Below are positions 1 through 36,167 of a DNA stretch of 64,000 bases, in pieces. The notes below the pieces were generated by a model. The model saw nothing but the letters and a program-made list of their open reading frames with translations, was not told the DNA's origin and did not search any database. Within the stretch, counting starts at the first letter, position 1; each line of letters opens with the position of its first letter. The stretch spans positions 9,548,001-9,612,000 of the forward strand of contig CM022667.1 of NCBI GenBank assembly GCA_012295275.1, written 5' to 3'. A program made the position numbers and the translations under genes. This DNA is from Chrysomallon squamiferum (Eukaryota; Animalia; Mollusca).

Positions 1-775
1 GAAACAGGTAAAAGTTTACATTGTAATTTATATTTCAGATCATTATGGTTATAATTTTGCTAAATGAAAGGTACTTCCAGTTCATCATTTCAGCAAAAGT
101 TGTTTTCAGCAGATTTAGCAAAAAAAAAAAAAAAAAATTCAAAAAAAAAAAAAAAAAATTCTAAAAATTTTTAAAAATAAAAATAACAACATGCCACAAA
201 AATATTAATTATTATTTTAACAATAATGACAACATTTTATTTTTCTAATTTAACACTGAAAATCAACATTAATTTTTAACTCTTCTAAACATCAAAAATT
301 TAACATCTCTGCTTCTAACAAATTCTAAGTTTAAAAAAAATAAAAATAAAAATAAAATAAAATAATAAGTTTGCTGCTCTCAGAAAAGCATGGAAAAAGC
401 AAAAATCAGTCAGCTTCACTGGTATAAAAATAGTAACAGTTCAAAGTATTCAGCAGTTTTTCCTATTCCAACTAGTCTACTGATCAAACAAAAGTAACCA
501 ATGTTTTCTGTATAATTCTTTGAATTATATAAAATAAATAAATTAAAAAATTAAAATATGTTGGGTTTTGTATTATTTACTGAATTCAGAAATTATATAA
601 AATATCAAAATTAAATTAAAGACAGTTTACAGAATAATCTTTTCTGAGGACAGCAACCAAAGAAAACAACAGACATTAACAGCAGAATTAAAAGTTTCTG
701 TTTGTTAAATTTTAAGACACCTCTGTTTGAAATCTAGATTTTTAATTTATATTAAAAGACACCAAAAGCGCTTAC

Positions 776-781
776 CAGATC
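776..781 (-). CDS. FHOD3: Candidate 6-nt microexon (GAT CTG = Asp-Leu) in the FH2 linker
   Basis: TTGTAACAG|GATCTG|GTAAGC; phase 0-0; upstream CTTAAC branch-like site, TGCATG/TGC motifs and about 100 nt without AG. Confidence 0.5.
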
Positions 782-1687
782 CTGTTACAACAATGTAAAC
801 ATGCATGTTAAGTTTGACAGCCAACGCAGCAACCAATGTATGAAAAGAAAGACATGAATATTCATTATTTACAATATCAATATTCATCACCTTTTTTTTA
901 ATAAACATGTAATATTATTAAGGTATTTTATATTTTAAATTTCTGATTGATAAGTGCTTTAATTCACTTACAGTAACATTATTTACATATCAGCACATAT
1001 TTATTATTTAATATTAAAATTAATTATTAAGTTCTTAAAATAAATGAATATTAATTGCTTTCTTACAATATTTATCACTAAGGACGATATAATTATGTAA
1101 AAGAATAAAAATATCCATTATTTATATAAAAAAACTTTAATCATCATTTGTAACTTATATTAAATAGATGTTTTATGAACATACATAATGAAAAAATCTC
1201 AGTTACTATTATTTTAACCAGTATCTATATAATTATTTAGAAAACAAATATATAACTTTAATCAGTATTAATATTTTTCAACAGCCAAAAATAATGGAAC
1301 ACATTTATATAACATAAAATCATCTATCTCAGTGAAAAATATCATTTTAAATATTTTCTACTAAATTAAATTAATAATTTAATTACATATAAATATCTAT
1401 AAACACACACAAACACACACACACACATGATATTAATTTAATTTTTCACTATTTCTCAAGGTAATATTTACACAATTACTAAATATACATAAGTAAATGT
1501 GGTAACTAAAATCATTAGTACAAAAATAATTTAATTATATCAAAACAGAAACCATCCCCCACAAAAAATGTTAAATTTAATTGCAGCAAAATAGAACACA
1601 CCCACACCAAAAAATTTTAAATTTTAAAAATGTAAAAAAATAAAAAATTCAACACAAAATAAAATAAAATCTCCATTGAAAACAGAC

Positions 1688-25650
<23,963 letters not shown>

Positions 25651-26879
25651 GAAATCGATTTCTTCTCTGCCCTGTGACCCGCAGTCACCTTTGACATTCG
25701 CATATTCTTGCGCCAAATACTCAAACTGTCACCACAGCCACTAAAATACTTCGTTTGTGCAAGGAATCTAATATACAACTAGACCTGAATGCTGGTATCT
25801 AATTTAAGCTTACCGATCATATTACACGCGTTAATGATAAAATATATATCACACGAAAGTTCAAAAGAAGCTTAGGTCCCGAGTTAATGTCGATCTATTT
25901 CAAGACACCAGTCAGCAATCACGAATGTTTAAAATTTCATTTTAACCGATTTAAAGGTGGTTATAATGTAATTTTAATTAATTATCTTAATTAATATATA
26001 TATATATATACACAACAAATATTATGTATTATAAATAGTATTACATGTTCTGAATGTACTGGTGTGCCTTTATTTATTTATTTATTTATTCATTATTACT
26101 GCTACAACAGCATATTCATAAATTCGTAAAAGAGTTCAAACGGTTGGTAAATAATCTATCTAATTATGAATCTACATAATTATATACATATAAATACATG
26201 CATTTGTGTGTGTGTATCTGCAGTAGTCACTATTGCACTAACAGAACGTAAATAATACGTTTATGCATTTGTATTAAAATGCATATCAATGCATGTGTAT
26301 GTGTGTCTGTATACACACACACACACATACACACGTCCACTTATACGTGAATACATACATACAAATATATACGTTTGTGTGTGCGCGCTTATGCAAGTAT
26401 GTATAATGTTATGTATGCATTATTTGTTTATGTTTCGAGGAATTTGTCGCAACGCCGTTGTTGTTGTTATTTTATTTATCCATCGAGCTTATTTGCCATC
26501 TTACATATATACTCTGCATTGCAATGAACAAAAACACTGTGTTGTTTAATAAAAATGTCGCTTTCCCGTTACGTAACGTCAAAACTGGTTTTTGACATTT
26601 ACGGAGAAAGGTCAGAAGATTATTTAAATCAGCAGTCACGTGCACGTGTAAACAAACATCAAAGGAGACGACGAGATGTGTTGATCATATAATACACATA
26701 ATGTGTTTCAATTTTAGTCTGTTTCAGAATAAATTGCCAAAATTGTGGAGAAAAATTACAGAATGGTGACTGTGTAAAAATTCACCGAGGTTCATGATGA
26801 TATTTAATTTATAAATAAATAGCAAAACTCTGTTTTAAGTGTTCACTTATTTATAATAATAATAAAATGATGATGATGA

Positions 26880-26920
<41 letters not shown>

Positions 26921-26930
26921 CATCATCATC

Positions 26931-27005
<75 letters not shown>

Positions 27006-27535
27006 TGGTTTATGCATTATCTGTGATTGAGTTTGTATGTGTAGGCCTATATACATACATAAGTAATGACAAAGTAATTTCATAACGTGCGAGTATGATC
27101 ATTAAGTATGGTAATAGGAGTTCTCTCCCTTCAATAGGGATCGCTTTTCGTTTAGTTAAAAAGAAAACATCAATAGAAATAAATATTAAAATAAATTTGT
27201 TAATTGCTTAAATTCAGTTTTTAAATCCAGTTAAGTAGAGTTTAATAAGTAATCCTACGAAAGATAATTTTTATTTCTTCATCATTTTATAAAATTTTAA
27301 ATTTTGACTTCTGCCGGCTATTGACATCAGGGGAAGTAATAACTTCAGAAACACTACTCTAAAATTAGGGCACTTTTTTCTTTCTGAGTACAGACATTCT
27401 CTTTGTTAATTTCTTGGCCTGTTACCAATCTTGATTTGAAGCTGACGCCCGCGTTCAAGATATTTTTGATTTTATTTTTTTTTTTTTTTTCTTATCAAAA
27501 TGAATAAGCTAATTAACATACTCTTTCTCGGTAAA

Positions 27536-27565
27536 CATGACGGAAGTGACGGAAACTTCCGAAAC
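27536..27565. promoter_or_regulatory. Clustered ETS/GABP-type motifs (CGGAAGTG, CGGAAA, ACTTCCG), promoter-like
   Basis: Sequence CATGACGGAAGTGACGGAAACTTCCGAAA in a CpG-rich patch about 2 kb upstream of the canonical ATG. Confidence 0.4.
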
Positions 27566-27652
27566 CTAGCGCATCGTCTGCTCCGATCTTTGAAACAACG
27601 CCCATGAGATGAGGAAAATAATTTGTTAATAAAATAAGTAAATAAAACTTAC

Positions 27653-27694
27653 CTTTCTACTTGGATACGTGATTATTCTTACATGCCGAAACAT
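27653..27694 (-). other. Candidate additional first exon (ATG...MFRHVRIITYPSRK|) or 5'UTR exon
   Basis: Consensus donor AAG|GTAAGT with an in-phase ATG 14 codons upstream; no homology recognised. Confidence 0.3.
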
Positions 27695-28396
27695 GACTGA
27701 TGAAGTGACACAAACACGTTCTGTCTGACATTTTAAACTAAATTACTTCAGCTGATCGCCATTATTATAATAACAATATTAAAGGCACCAGTTCAAATGT
27801 CATCATTGTTAATTTCAAATGTCAACATTATTAAATTAAGTTTACAAGATAGTTAAGTCAGCTAAAAATATAATATTTAGGAAATAAACAAACGAAGCAT
27901 AATACTGCAAAGAAATATTAATTTAGACGTATAAAAATGCAACCTACCATGATAATATATGTAAATTGACATCGTTTTGCGTAATGTACCCCTTTGCTTT
28001 CAGCATTTGTTTTGACGTCATACTATTGTTTTAAGTGTAAAATGTAGAACTGGATTTATTATATACGAAATAATAGATAATAATGATACGGTAATGTAAT
28101 TTAAACATATCAATACAATTGCTTTATTACTTATATCTTTTTATTTATTTGTTTATTTGTTTGATATTTTAATATATTTTTTCTCTCGTTTTAGTCTGTT
28201 TCACTGTTCCTATTTACTTACTAATGTTCTAACTTATTTATTCCTATATCTGCTTACATATGTTACTGCGTTGTGTTCAGTCAGTTAGATAACATATTTG
28301 TATGCTTTTGGGGTATGATAAGTCTGAAAGTTTCCAAGCACAACAGATATAAGTAAAATTAACTTTTATTTTTAAACCTTTTTCACAATGGCAAAA

Positions 28397-28462
<66 letters not shown>

Positions 28463-28791
28463 TAAAAAAAAAGGAAGAAATAAAAAGAAAACTATTACAA
28501 TGAAAGAATAATAAAAGCAATAACTTTATCATATTTTAATATCCTAGATTTTATATTGCTATATTCTTAATTTTCTATTTAAGTAACGCACGGGTTATTT
28601 TTCAATATTAAAAGGTCAAAAACCGAAAGAACCTCATACGCATACAGAGATAGATATTTATTCTGCTTTACGATACCTACGTACTTTTTAATCCTGCTGC
28701 AGTTGTGTTTTAAAGATACAGTTTAAATAATTAGTAGGTTTTAATCATATTTATCACACTTAATGTAGGAAAGTTCAATTAGAATTAGAAT

Positions 28792-28802
28792 TACACACAC
28801 AC

Positions 28803-28868
<66 letters not shown>
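28792..28868. repeat. (AC)n microsatellite
   Basis: Direct reading. Confidence 0.95.
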
Positions 28869-28869
<1 letters not shown>

Positions 28870-29082
28870 ATCAGGATGGTCTCTGTTTAAAGATCGTTCC
28901 TGAAGGAAGGTACATTTGTTTAGTTATTTCTCACTAATCACTCTTCTGAAAGTGTGGGCGTTAAGTGCAAACAGATAACTGTAGATGATACACTCTTAGA
29001 GAGAAAAACAGACCCACAAATCCAGGGCCACTCCTACTTGAGTAATATGTTTTTACATACAGTCTTATTAAATAATAATAAT

Positions 29083-29115
<33 letters not shown>

Positions 29116-29396
29116 AATAAAAATTATTATTATTATTATTGTTGTTGTTGTTGTTGTTGTTATCGTTATTACTATTACTGTTGTTGTTGCTGCTGTTGTT
29201 TTATTGTTTGTATTGCTGTTGCTCTTTTACTGCTTTTGCTGCTGTTCTTCTTATCATTATTGTAATTGTAGTGGATGGTATTGTTGTTTATTTTTATTTA
29301 TTAATCTGTTTACCATCTTATCAAGCAGGAAGGTTCATGAGAACCCTCACCTACTACCAGTCCATTGCAAAGAATGTAATTTCAAATCCGTCTTAC

Positions 29397-32300
29397 CTTT
29401 TTAACATCCACTCCAAGATTTTCAAGCAGTTCGTTGGCCGAGCTGTAACCTTTGAAATTGATGTCACTGTCGTCATCCGAACCCGGGATCTTGATGATTC
29501 GAGGCGTCGCGGGTTTCTCACACAGAGAAAGGAAGTCAGAGATCGAAACTAGACCTTTCTTCCGCTGCAGTATGGCGGCCATCTGCTGAGCTGTTTGAGA
29601 TGGACGTCCTTTGGCAGGTTTTCCCGTCACGGCGAAACCTTTCTCCGGTTGTATCTTGTCCTCGTCAAGATCGATGAGTTTGTCGTCGGTCGACCTGGAC
29701 TGTCTGAGGGCGTTGGTGCGGACGGAGTCTTTGTCCTTGCTGTCGAACGAGTAGCTGCTGGGTCTTCGCTTCCCGTAAGGGTCGTCATCGAAAGCAGACG
29801 GCGATGCAGGAGAAGGCTGGAGAGGATTGTGGGGCGTCTTGGGAACCGGGGAGTCCATGATGTCAACGCTTTTGGGTCGCCTCATGTTCTCTTCCAGCAG
29901 GCTGTCGATGTCTTGGATTTTAGAAATGTATCCCGATTTCTGGCCTTTGTAAGCTTTGCCTTTCCCGTCTTGTTTGTTCTTGCCCGAATTTGCTCTCTCG
30001 GACTCTGGACTCTGAGGGACGAGGTCGGGCAAAGTGCTCTGACTTGAGGCGAGAGAGTGCTGAGACATCGACTGAGGCATGTTCTGAAATTCGCCTTCTT
30101 CAAAAGCCGAGCCGGTGCTCATTTTGGACAAGCTTTCGTTGGAGACTGTCAGCTGACTGGGTCTCATTCTGTCGTACGGTGAAAGGTACTGCTGTTCAAC
30201 TGACGCCTGTCGTGACAGTTGTGGATGTCGTCGGTCGTCCACCATGTCTTCTCGTGACCCGTGGCGACTCGACCGTGCAGACTTTCTGCCGCCGAAGCCA
30301 CGGTTCGGCGATTCTTCCCGATTGAAGCCGAACTGGGAACCGGCGCTGTCACTGGCGTGTCCCAGCGCGTGAGGGTGCACTCCGTCGTGTTCCCATTTTT
30401 CTCGGCGAGATTTTCTGTTTTCGTCGAGAATGCTCTCTCTCGAGCTGTCTCTCTTCAGGCGGTTCTGCTCCATGGAAGACTGTCGGTTGCTCATTCTGTT
30501 GCGGTTGTTCGGGGACCCGTCTCGAGAGAATCCCTGCGTGTCTGACGAGCTTCCAGATCGCTTCTTCTGATGCGAGCTCAGGTCGTTTCTTCTGTGGCAG
30601 TTGCCCAGTCTGTCGTCGCTCTGCTCCACGTACATCTCCGCCTCGGGACTGAACTCGTTGGCTTTGTTCAGATCGGACTTTCTGAAGTTCTTGTTCTGCA
30701 CGTGGTCAAGCATGTTCTCGGTCGAGCCACTTCTTGAGGCGTGCTTCCTGGACCGGCGGTGGTGGACGGGAGACTGTTCCCTCGAATACTGAGACTCTGT
30801 TTCGTCGCGCATCGAGGAACGAATGGACTCCTGTCTCGTGTAAGGCACGCGACTGCCGTCTGGGCCCGGGACGTATTCGTACGAGTTACTCCGAGTAACA
30901 CCGCTTTCAGGGTCCACAGCAGGGTGTCTTCGAATGTCACTGGGGATCGCGTCCTTGACATACGTGCTGCCCGAGGGTGACGGCAGGTTCTGTTTCCACT
31001 GGTTCACTTTCTCTATGCTTTCTCTCAGACTGAGGTTTTCCGGCGTGAGAGGAGGTTTCTCGTCCAACAGTTCTTTACTAGAGTGCCTCTTCCGACGAGG
31101 TTTGTCGTCTAAAATATCTTCGTGAGACGAAGACCTACTGTGGTGCGACCTCCTCTCCTGGCGGGAACGCCTGTCGTCTGCTGTGCTGGAAATCTCGTCG
31201 CGAGACGAGTTAGGAGTGCTCGTCCTTGGTTCCCTGTGTCTGCTGTGTCTGCTGTGCCTGCTGCTGTGGTCGTCTTCTTCCATTTTCGATTCTTTGTCTT
31301 TGCTTCTGGACGGTTTGGCGGGAGCGTCGTCACCGTAGACGGCCTGTCGCCACGAGCGTTCTGAAGGAGGATCTTTGATGTCGTCTCTGTAGCTTCGCCT
31401 CGGCTCGTCCTTGACAGAGGATCTCGTGCTGCTCTTAGGTGACACGTAGGACGTTCCTGGCAAATATTTGTCTCTGTATTTGTAGAACGTGTCGGAGCTG
31501 CCCGAGTATCCTCCACCCCCACCTACTCCTCCTCCTCCTCCTCCTGACGTACTGGTCGAGTGACGCAGTCGTCTGGTATTCTGCTGGTCGAGGTTCGTCT
31601 GCGTGGCGCAGTCCACCGTAGACGGTCCTTGAGAACTTTTCAGAAACCTGCTGCTTCTCTTCACCTCTTTCGGCGGACACTTAATCCGCCTGGTTCTCGC
31701 GATGGACTTCTCTTTAGACTGTTCCCGTTTGGGTTTGTCTCCCTCGGGAATGGGCGAGGTGCCTCGGCAGATCAAGTACCTGTAGTTGCACTCTTTCTCC
31801 GCCTCGGGCGCGCTGTCGTCCGAGTCGGACAAGGACCCGTCGTCCCTGGGCCGTCGTTTCGGGACGTACGCGCCCTGCTTGCTCTCGGTCGACCTGCCCA
31901 CGTCCCCGGCGGCCGGCGACGCGTCGTAGCCTTTCGACAGCTGCCTCTCGTACCTCCTCGGCGCCGGCGACGCGTCCGAGCCGCTCTTGTACGACGACCC
32001 GTACGTCGAATACGGCGACGCGCTGCTGCTGTAGTCGTAGCGGGACGACCTCGTGCTCACGGGAGACGTCTCCCGGCTTCCGGGGCCGTAACTCTTGCCC
32101 GACGATCTGTCCCACGAGCCGTAGGAGCGCGGATTGCTGCCCCCGTAGTCGGACATATAGCCACTTTTGTTGGAGTAGCGGTCGAGCGAAGAGTACCTGT
32201 CCCTGCCTCCGATGCTCCTGTCGATGGAAGGATAGCGGTTGTCGCTCCCGTATGCGGAATATTTTGTGTCTGGAGTAGTGAATTTTTTCATCCTTTCCAC

Positions 32301-32441
32301 TACAGAAAGCTGTGACATCGGTGGCTCGTAACTGTAGCTGCGTTTAGGCGTCGAGTACGAAGGACTTTTGTATGCACTGTAGCCACTGCCGTATTGTGAA
32401 GACCCGTATGTCTTTCCTTTTCCGGTACCCATGTCATACGT
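29397..32441 (-). CDS. FHOD3: Giant alternative 5' coding exon (1015 codons, Ser/Arg/Tyr/Asp-rich) of a long FHOD isoform
   Basis: Inside ORF 29382-32486; GC-rich coding island; acceptor TTCTTTCAG|ACG, donor AAG|GTAAGA. Phase 0 ending in Lys, like canonical exon 1, so it joins exon 2 in frame. Coding status is strong; membership of the FHOD gene is inferred. Confidence 0.8.
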
Positions 32442-34495
32442 CTGAAAGAACAAAAGTAACAGATTAATTGTAAGAGGGATAATCAACGATCAAAACGTGA
32501 ATCGTGTATATTATTCATATAGTTTATTATCATTCAGTCAACAGAGACAAAGCATTGTTGTTCAGCGTATTGATTAAAACATTAATGAATTGTGCATAAT
32601 TAAAATGTAAGATTCTGCCCACAAAGTCGAGCGAGTAGGGAAAACATTAGTGTCTTGAGTGTAATTAAAATATTTAGTTCAAATCTATGTTAAAATATAC
32701 TGTGCATCATATTGATAAATATGTTTAGAGGACAATACTGATAGATCAAGAAATTGTAGTTTTGAGATTGTTCTGTAACTTATGGCCACAGTGATGGAAG
32801 AACATATCACAGATCACAATGTAGACAAGAATAACCATGACTTGACAGAGAACCTGATTTTACTGATCACTTTTAATTTTAATTTCCTCAGAAGATAAAA
32901 ATGGGCGCATAATAGCACACGAACATCCTAAAACTGAAGTAATCAGTATATAATCAAACAATCAGTACCAAGTTTAGTATGTATTAAATGCCTTGAATAA
33001 GATTGAAAAATCCATGTACTGTGCATATATCGTTTAAAACTGCACGGGAATGTGTAAAAGAAAAATTAATGAGCAGATATAAAAGATTACGAAATGAGAA
33101 CAGAGATGATGATCATGATAAAGGTTGGTGTAACGACAGCGATGATGATGATGATGTTTGGTAATATATGTGACTATTTGTGCGTGCGTGCGTGCGTACG
33201 TGCCTGTGTGTGTGTTTGTATGTTTCAAGAACAATGCGTTAAAAGAAACCTGGATAAGAACATTTATTTCAGCTCTGCGATCTTTAATTAAAGAAACAGC
33301 AAACGTATTCTATTACCAGTAATCCAGAGCTAAAAACGGCGAGCCTGAATATAACCAGACGGACTGGTAAATGTATTTGTATCAGTCAGTGAAAATGTTT
33401 AGTGATAAAAGGTTTTGTGTACAGATTATTATAGTAAGTGTGTATTGACTTGTATACTAACAGACCTATACTAGTCTAAACACTAGAGTTTAGTACTGCA
33501 CTTAGCGCTGGAAATGTGTTATGGAAAGATCGAGAACAGCTGGAATAAAAGGCGCGAAACGATGGACTCCGATAGTGTTTTCTAGTAAACTAGTTTTCAG
33601 TTTTCATTATTATCAAAAGATTTTGTTTCAGATATTATTTCTTTCTTTTTTGTCTTTCTTTCTTTCTTTCTTTCTTCTTCTTTTTCTTCTTCTTCTTCTT
33701 ATTATTACTGCGGCATTTCTGTATACGAAACTGAGAGAAAGCGAGAAGACGACAAAGGAGAGAGAGAGAGAGAGATTTTCACATTATGAAACGAACAACT
33801 GTCAGTTTTGTTTATTCATACGCTGTATCAATTTACTTTTATTACGTTCGTTCATTTATTTATTTTAAAAGGTATATTGCCCTCTGCGTACTTAAATAAA
33901 CATCCCAGAAGAGTCAGGAACCGTAACTCTATATCTGTGTCGAGTTTACCGACCACGACAGAAAGTAAGGATCCACCAACCTTTACTAACTCACCACGAA
34001 CAGAGGCGAGGAAATGTCAAGAAAAAAGTGATTAACGAACTTCTTGTTATTTCGGGTCTGGCGATTATTTGTATGCGCAAACCATGACTGTTTTTTTGCA
34101 GAAGTTGGACGAACAGTACTGCTGTACGGAAATAGGTAAGGCGGAGGTAGCTGGCGTGTAGCCAGGACGCGGTGATAAAGAATTTACCTCATGTTAACCA
34201 GAGAAGAAGAAGAAGAAGAAAAAATATGAAGACTGGTGAAAAAAAGAGAAGAAAGTATATGATACAAGATAGGTTTCATTTGGATCCAGTGTTGTTGTTT
34301 TGTTTATCTCTCTTTTATGTATGTGTGTGTATGTATATAAATAAATATATGTGTGTTACTTGTAAACTTTTTCCCCCGTTATTTTAAGTCGCATTTGTTA
34401 GATGTAATTATTACTGTATTTTGTTTCTGAGAGAGGGATATTATTCTGAATCTTTTCTTTCTATTTTTTTTTTTATTTTTTTTTTTAAATATTTT

Positions 34496-34529
<34 letters not shown>

Positions 34530-36136
34530 TTTCGTTGTTGTTGTTATCATAATTGATGTTGGTGCTGGTGTTATTTGTTTGTTTGTTGTCCTCGCTACTC
34601 TTCCTGGTTACATAAATTTAAATTTGCTTTCAAAATATCTCTAAACATTTATTTTAAAAAAAACCCAAAAAAAAACCCAGAAAAAGTTAAAATTAAAAAA
34701 ATCGTACACTAAATTGTATTACTCAAGATTACATTTCGTACGGAGTGTATTTTTAGCTTATCAACCTACATAAAATATCGAATAATAATAACAATTTATG
34801 TTACGAAAATAGTCGAAATGAGTTATTAACTTCGCTGAGATTTCGAGAAATAAAACCACACACGATTTTTCGAGCCTGGAGTTTACGTTACTATTTTATC
34901 TCCTTAACACAACCGCGATAATATACGGTAGCCATTTTAATTCATCGCCAACAACTGGCAGTGATGCTAAGCGCTTAATAAACTAACTTATCGCACGCTT
35001 TTATCTAGATTTATGACCTAACCTCACAATTACAACGACATACAGATAAATGAATCTCCGCAACGAAGATAACCAACTGTTAAAAGATGTGTTTTAAGAT
35101 GCCTCATCGATCTTTTCCGTGCCGCGTTTTCCTCCCGGCGAGAGAGGAGCACCACGTTTGATGTTAAACAGTAAAGCCCGTTAGATAAACATCGGTATTA
35201 GCCAGCTTATTCGTGAAATGCTGGAGAATGGTGCGTGGATCCAACAAGAGACGTAAGATAAGATAATTCCAGAAAGTCTGATAGTTTCCCCGGTGCAACA
35301 TGTGATTCAGATTTACATGCCGGACGGCCATATGTTTCAGTTAATGTTTTAATCGCCTATAAATTCGCTTGAAGTTTTGCTTTCCGATAATTTCAACCTG
35401 TTTTAAATATAGAAAAGAATGAAAAGGAAAGGGAAATTACAAAAAATAATGATAAAATTAAAAAAAAAACCAGAATGAAAGAATGAAAATATATAAAACC
35501 TTAAATATGCAGATCTTAATGTTTTTTTGCTATGTTAATATTTTATTTTTATTTTATTTCCTCGTTCATTCATTTTTCGATCGTGCCTTCTTTCGTTTAT
35601 TTATTTATTTTTGTAACTTACTTCAAGTAACTTATAAAATAATCTTTTGACATCTGTATTAATTTCACATTCATTGCGCTGATTACTGATTACTTTAAAC
35701 CAAAGAATATTATATATAATAAAAACTTCAGAAGAAAAAATTTAAAAAGAAGAAAAATACGCTAATCAAGCTCAGATACAAACAAAACAAATAAATAATA
35801 AAATAACAACAACGGCAACAACAACAGCAACAACAACAACAACAGCAATAACAATAGCAACAACAACTTTAGTAAGAAGAAGAAGAAGAAGACGAAGACG
35901 AAGAAGAACGAGAAATTAATTATTTTCTTTCTAACAGATATAATTAGTTTTGGTAAAACCAATTATCTTTTCAAATCTTTGCCAATATTAAAACACACCT
36001 GTAACAAAAACTCACCTGTTGTAGCAATACTTAAAAACTCATTTTCAATAATTAATAATTCATTTTCCTTATTCCAAACACTAAAAGCCCGGAAACCGAG
36101 CTATTAAAACGAATTTCAAACACCAAACAGGCAGTG

Positions 36137-36167
<31 letters not shown>

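Noticed and set aside
25651-25716. N-terminal extension of ORF 25411-25716 from a TTG start
   Set aside because: Non-ATG start from a prokaryote-style ORF caller; FHOD similarity begins at MMATF.
29595-32315. Overlapping ORFs, including the 251-aa plus-strand ORF 31560-32315
   Set aside because: Expected stop-codon scarcity in the shadow of a GC-rich exon; no recognisable domain.
32442-32486. Hydrophobic leader MIIPLTINLLLLFFQ resembling a signal peptide
   Set aside because: It is the translated polypyrimidine tract and acceptor of the intron.
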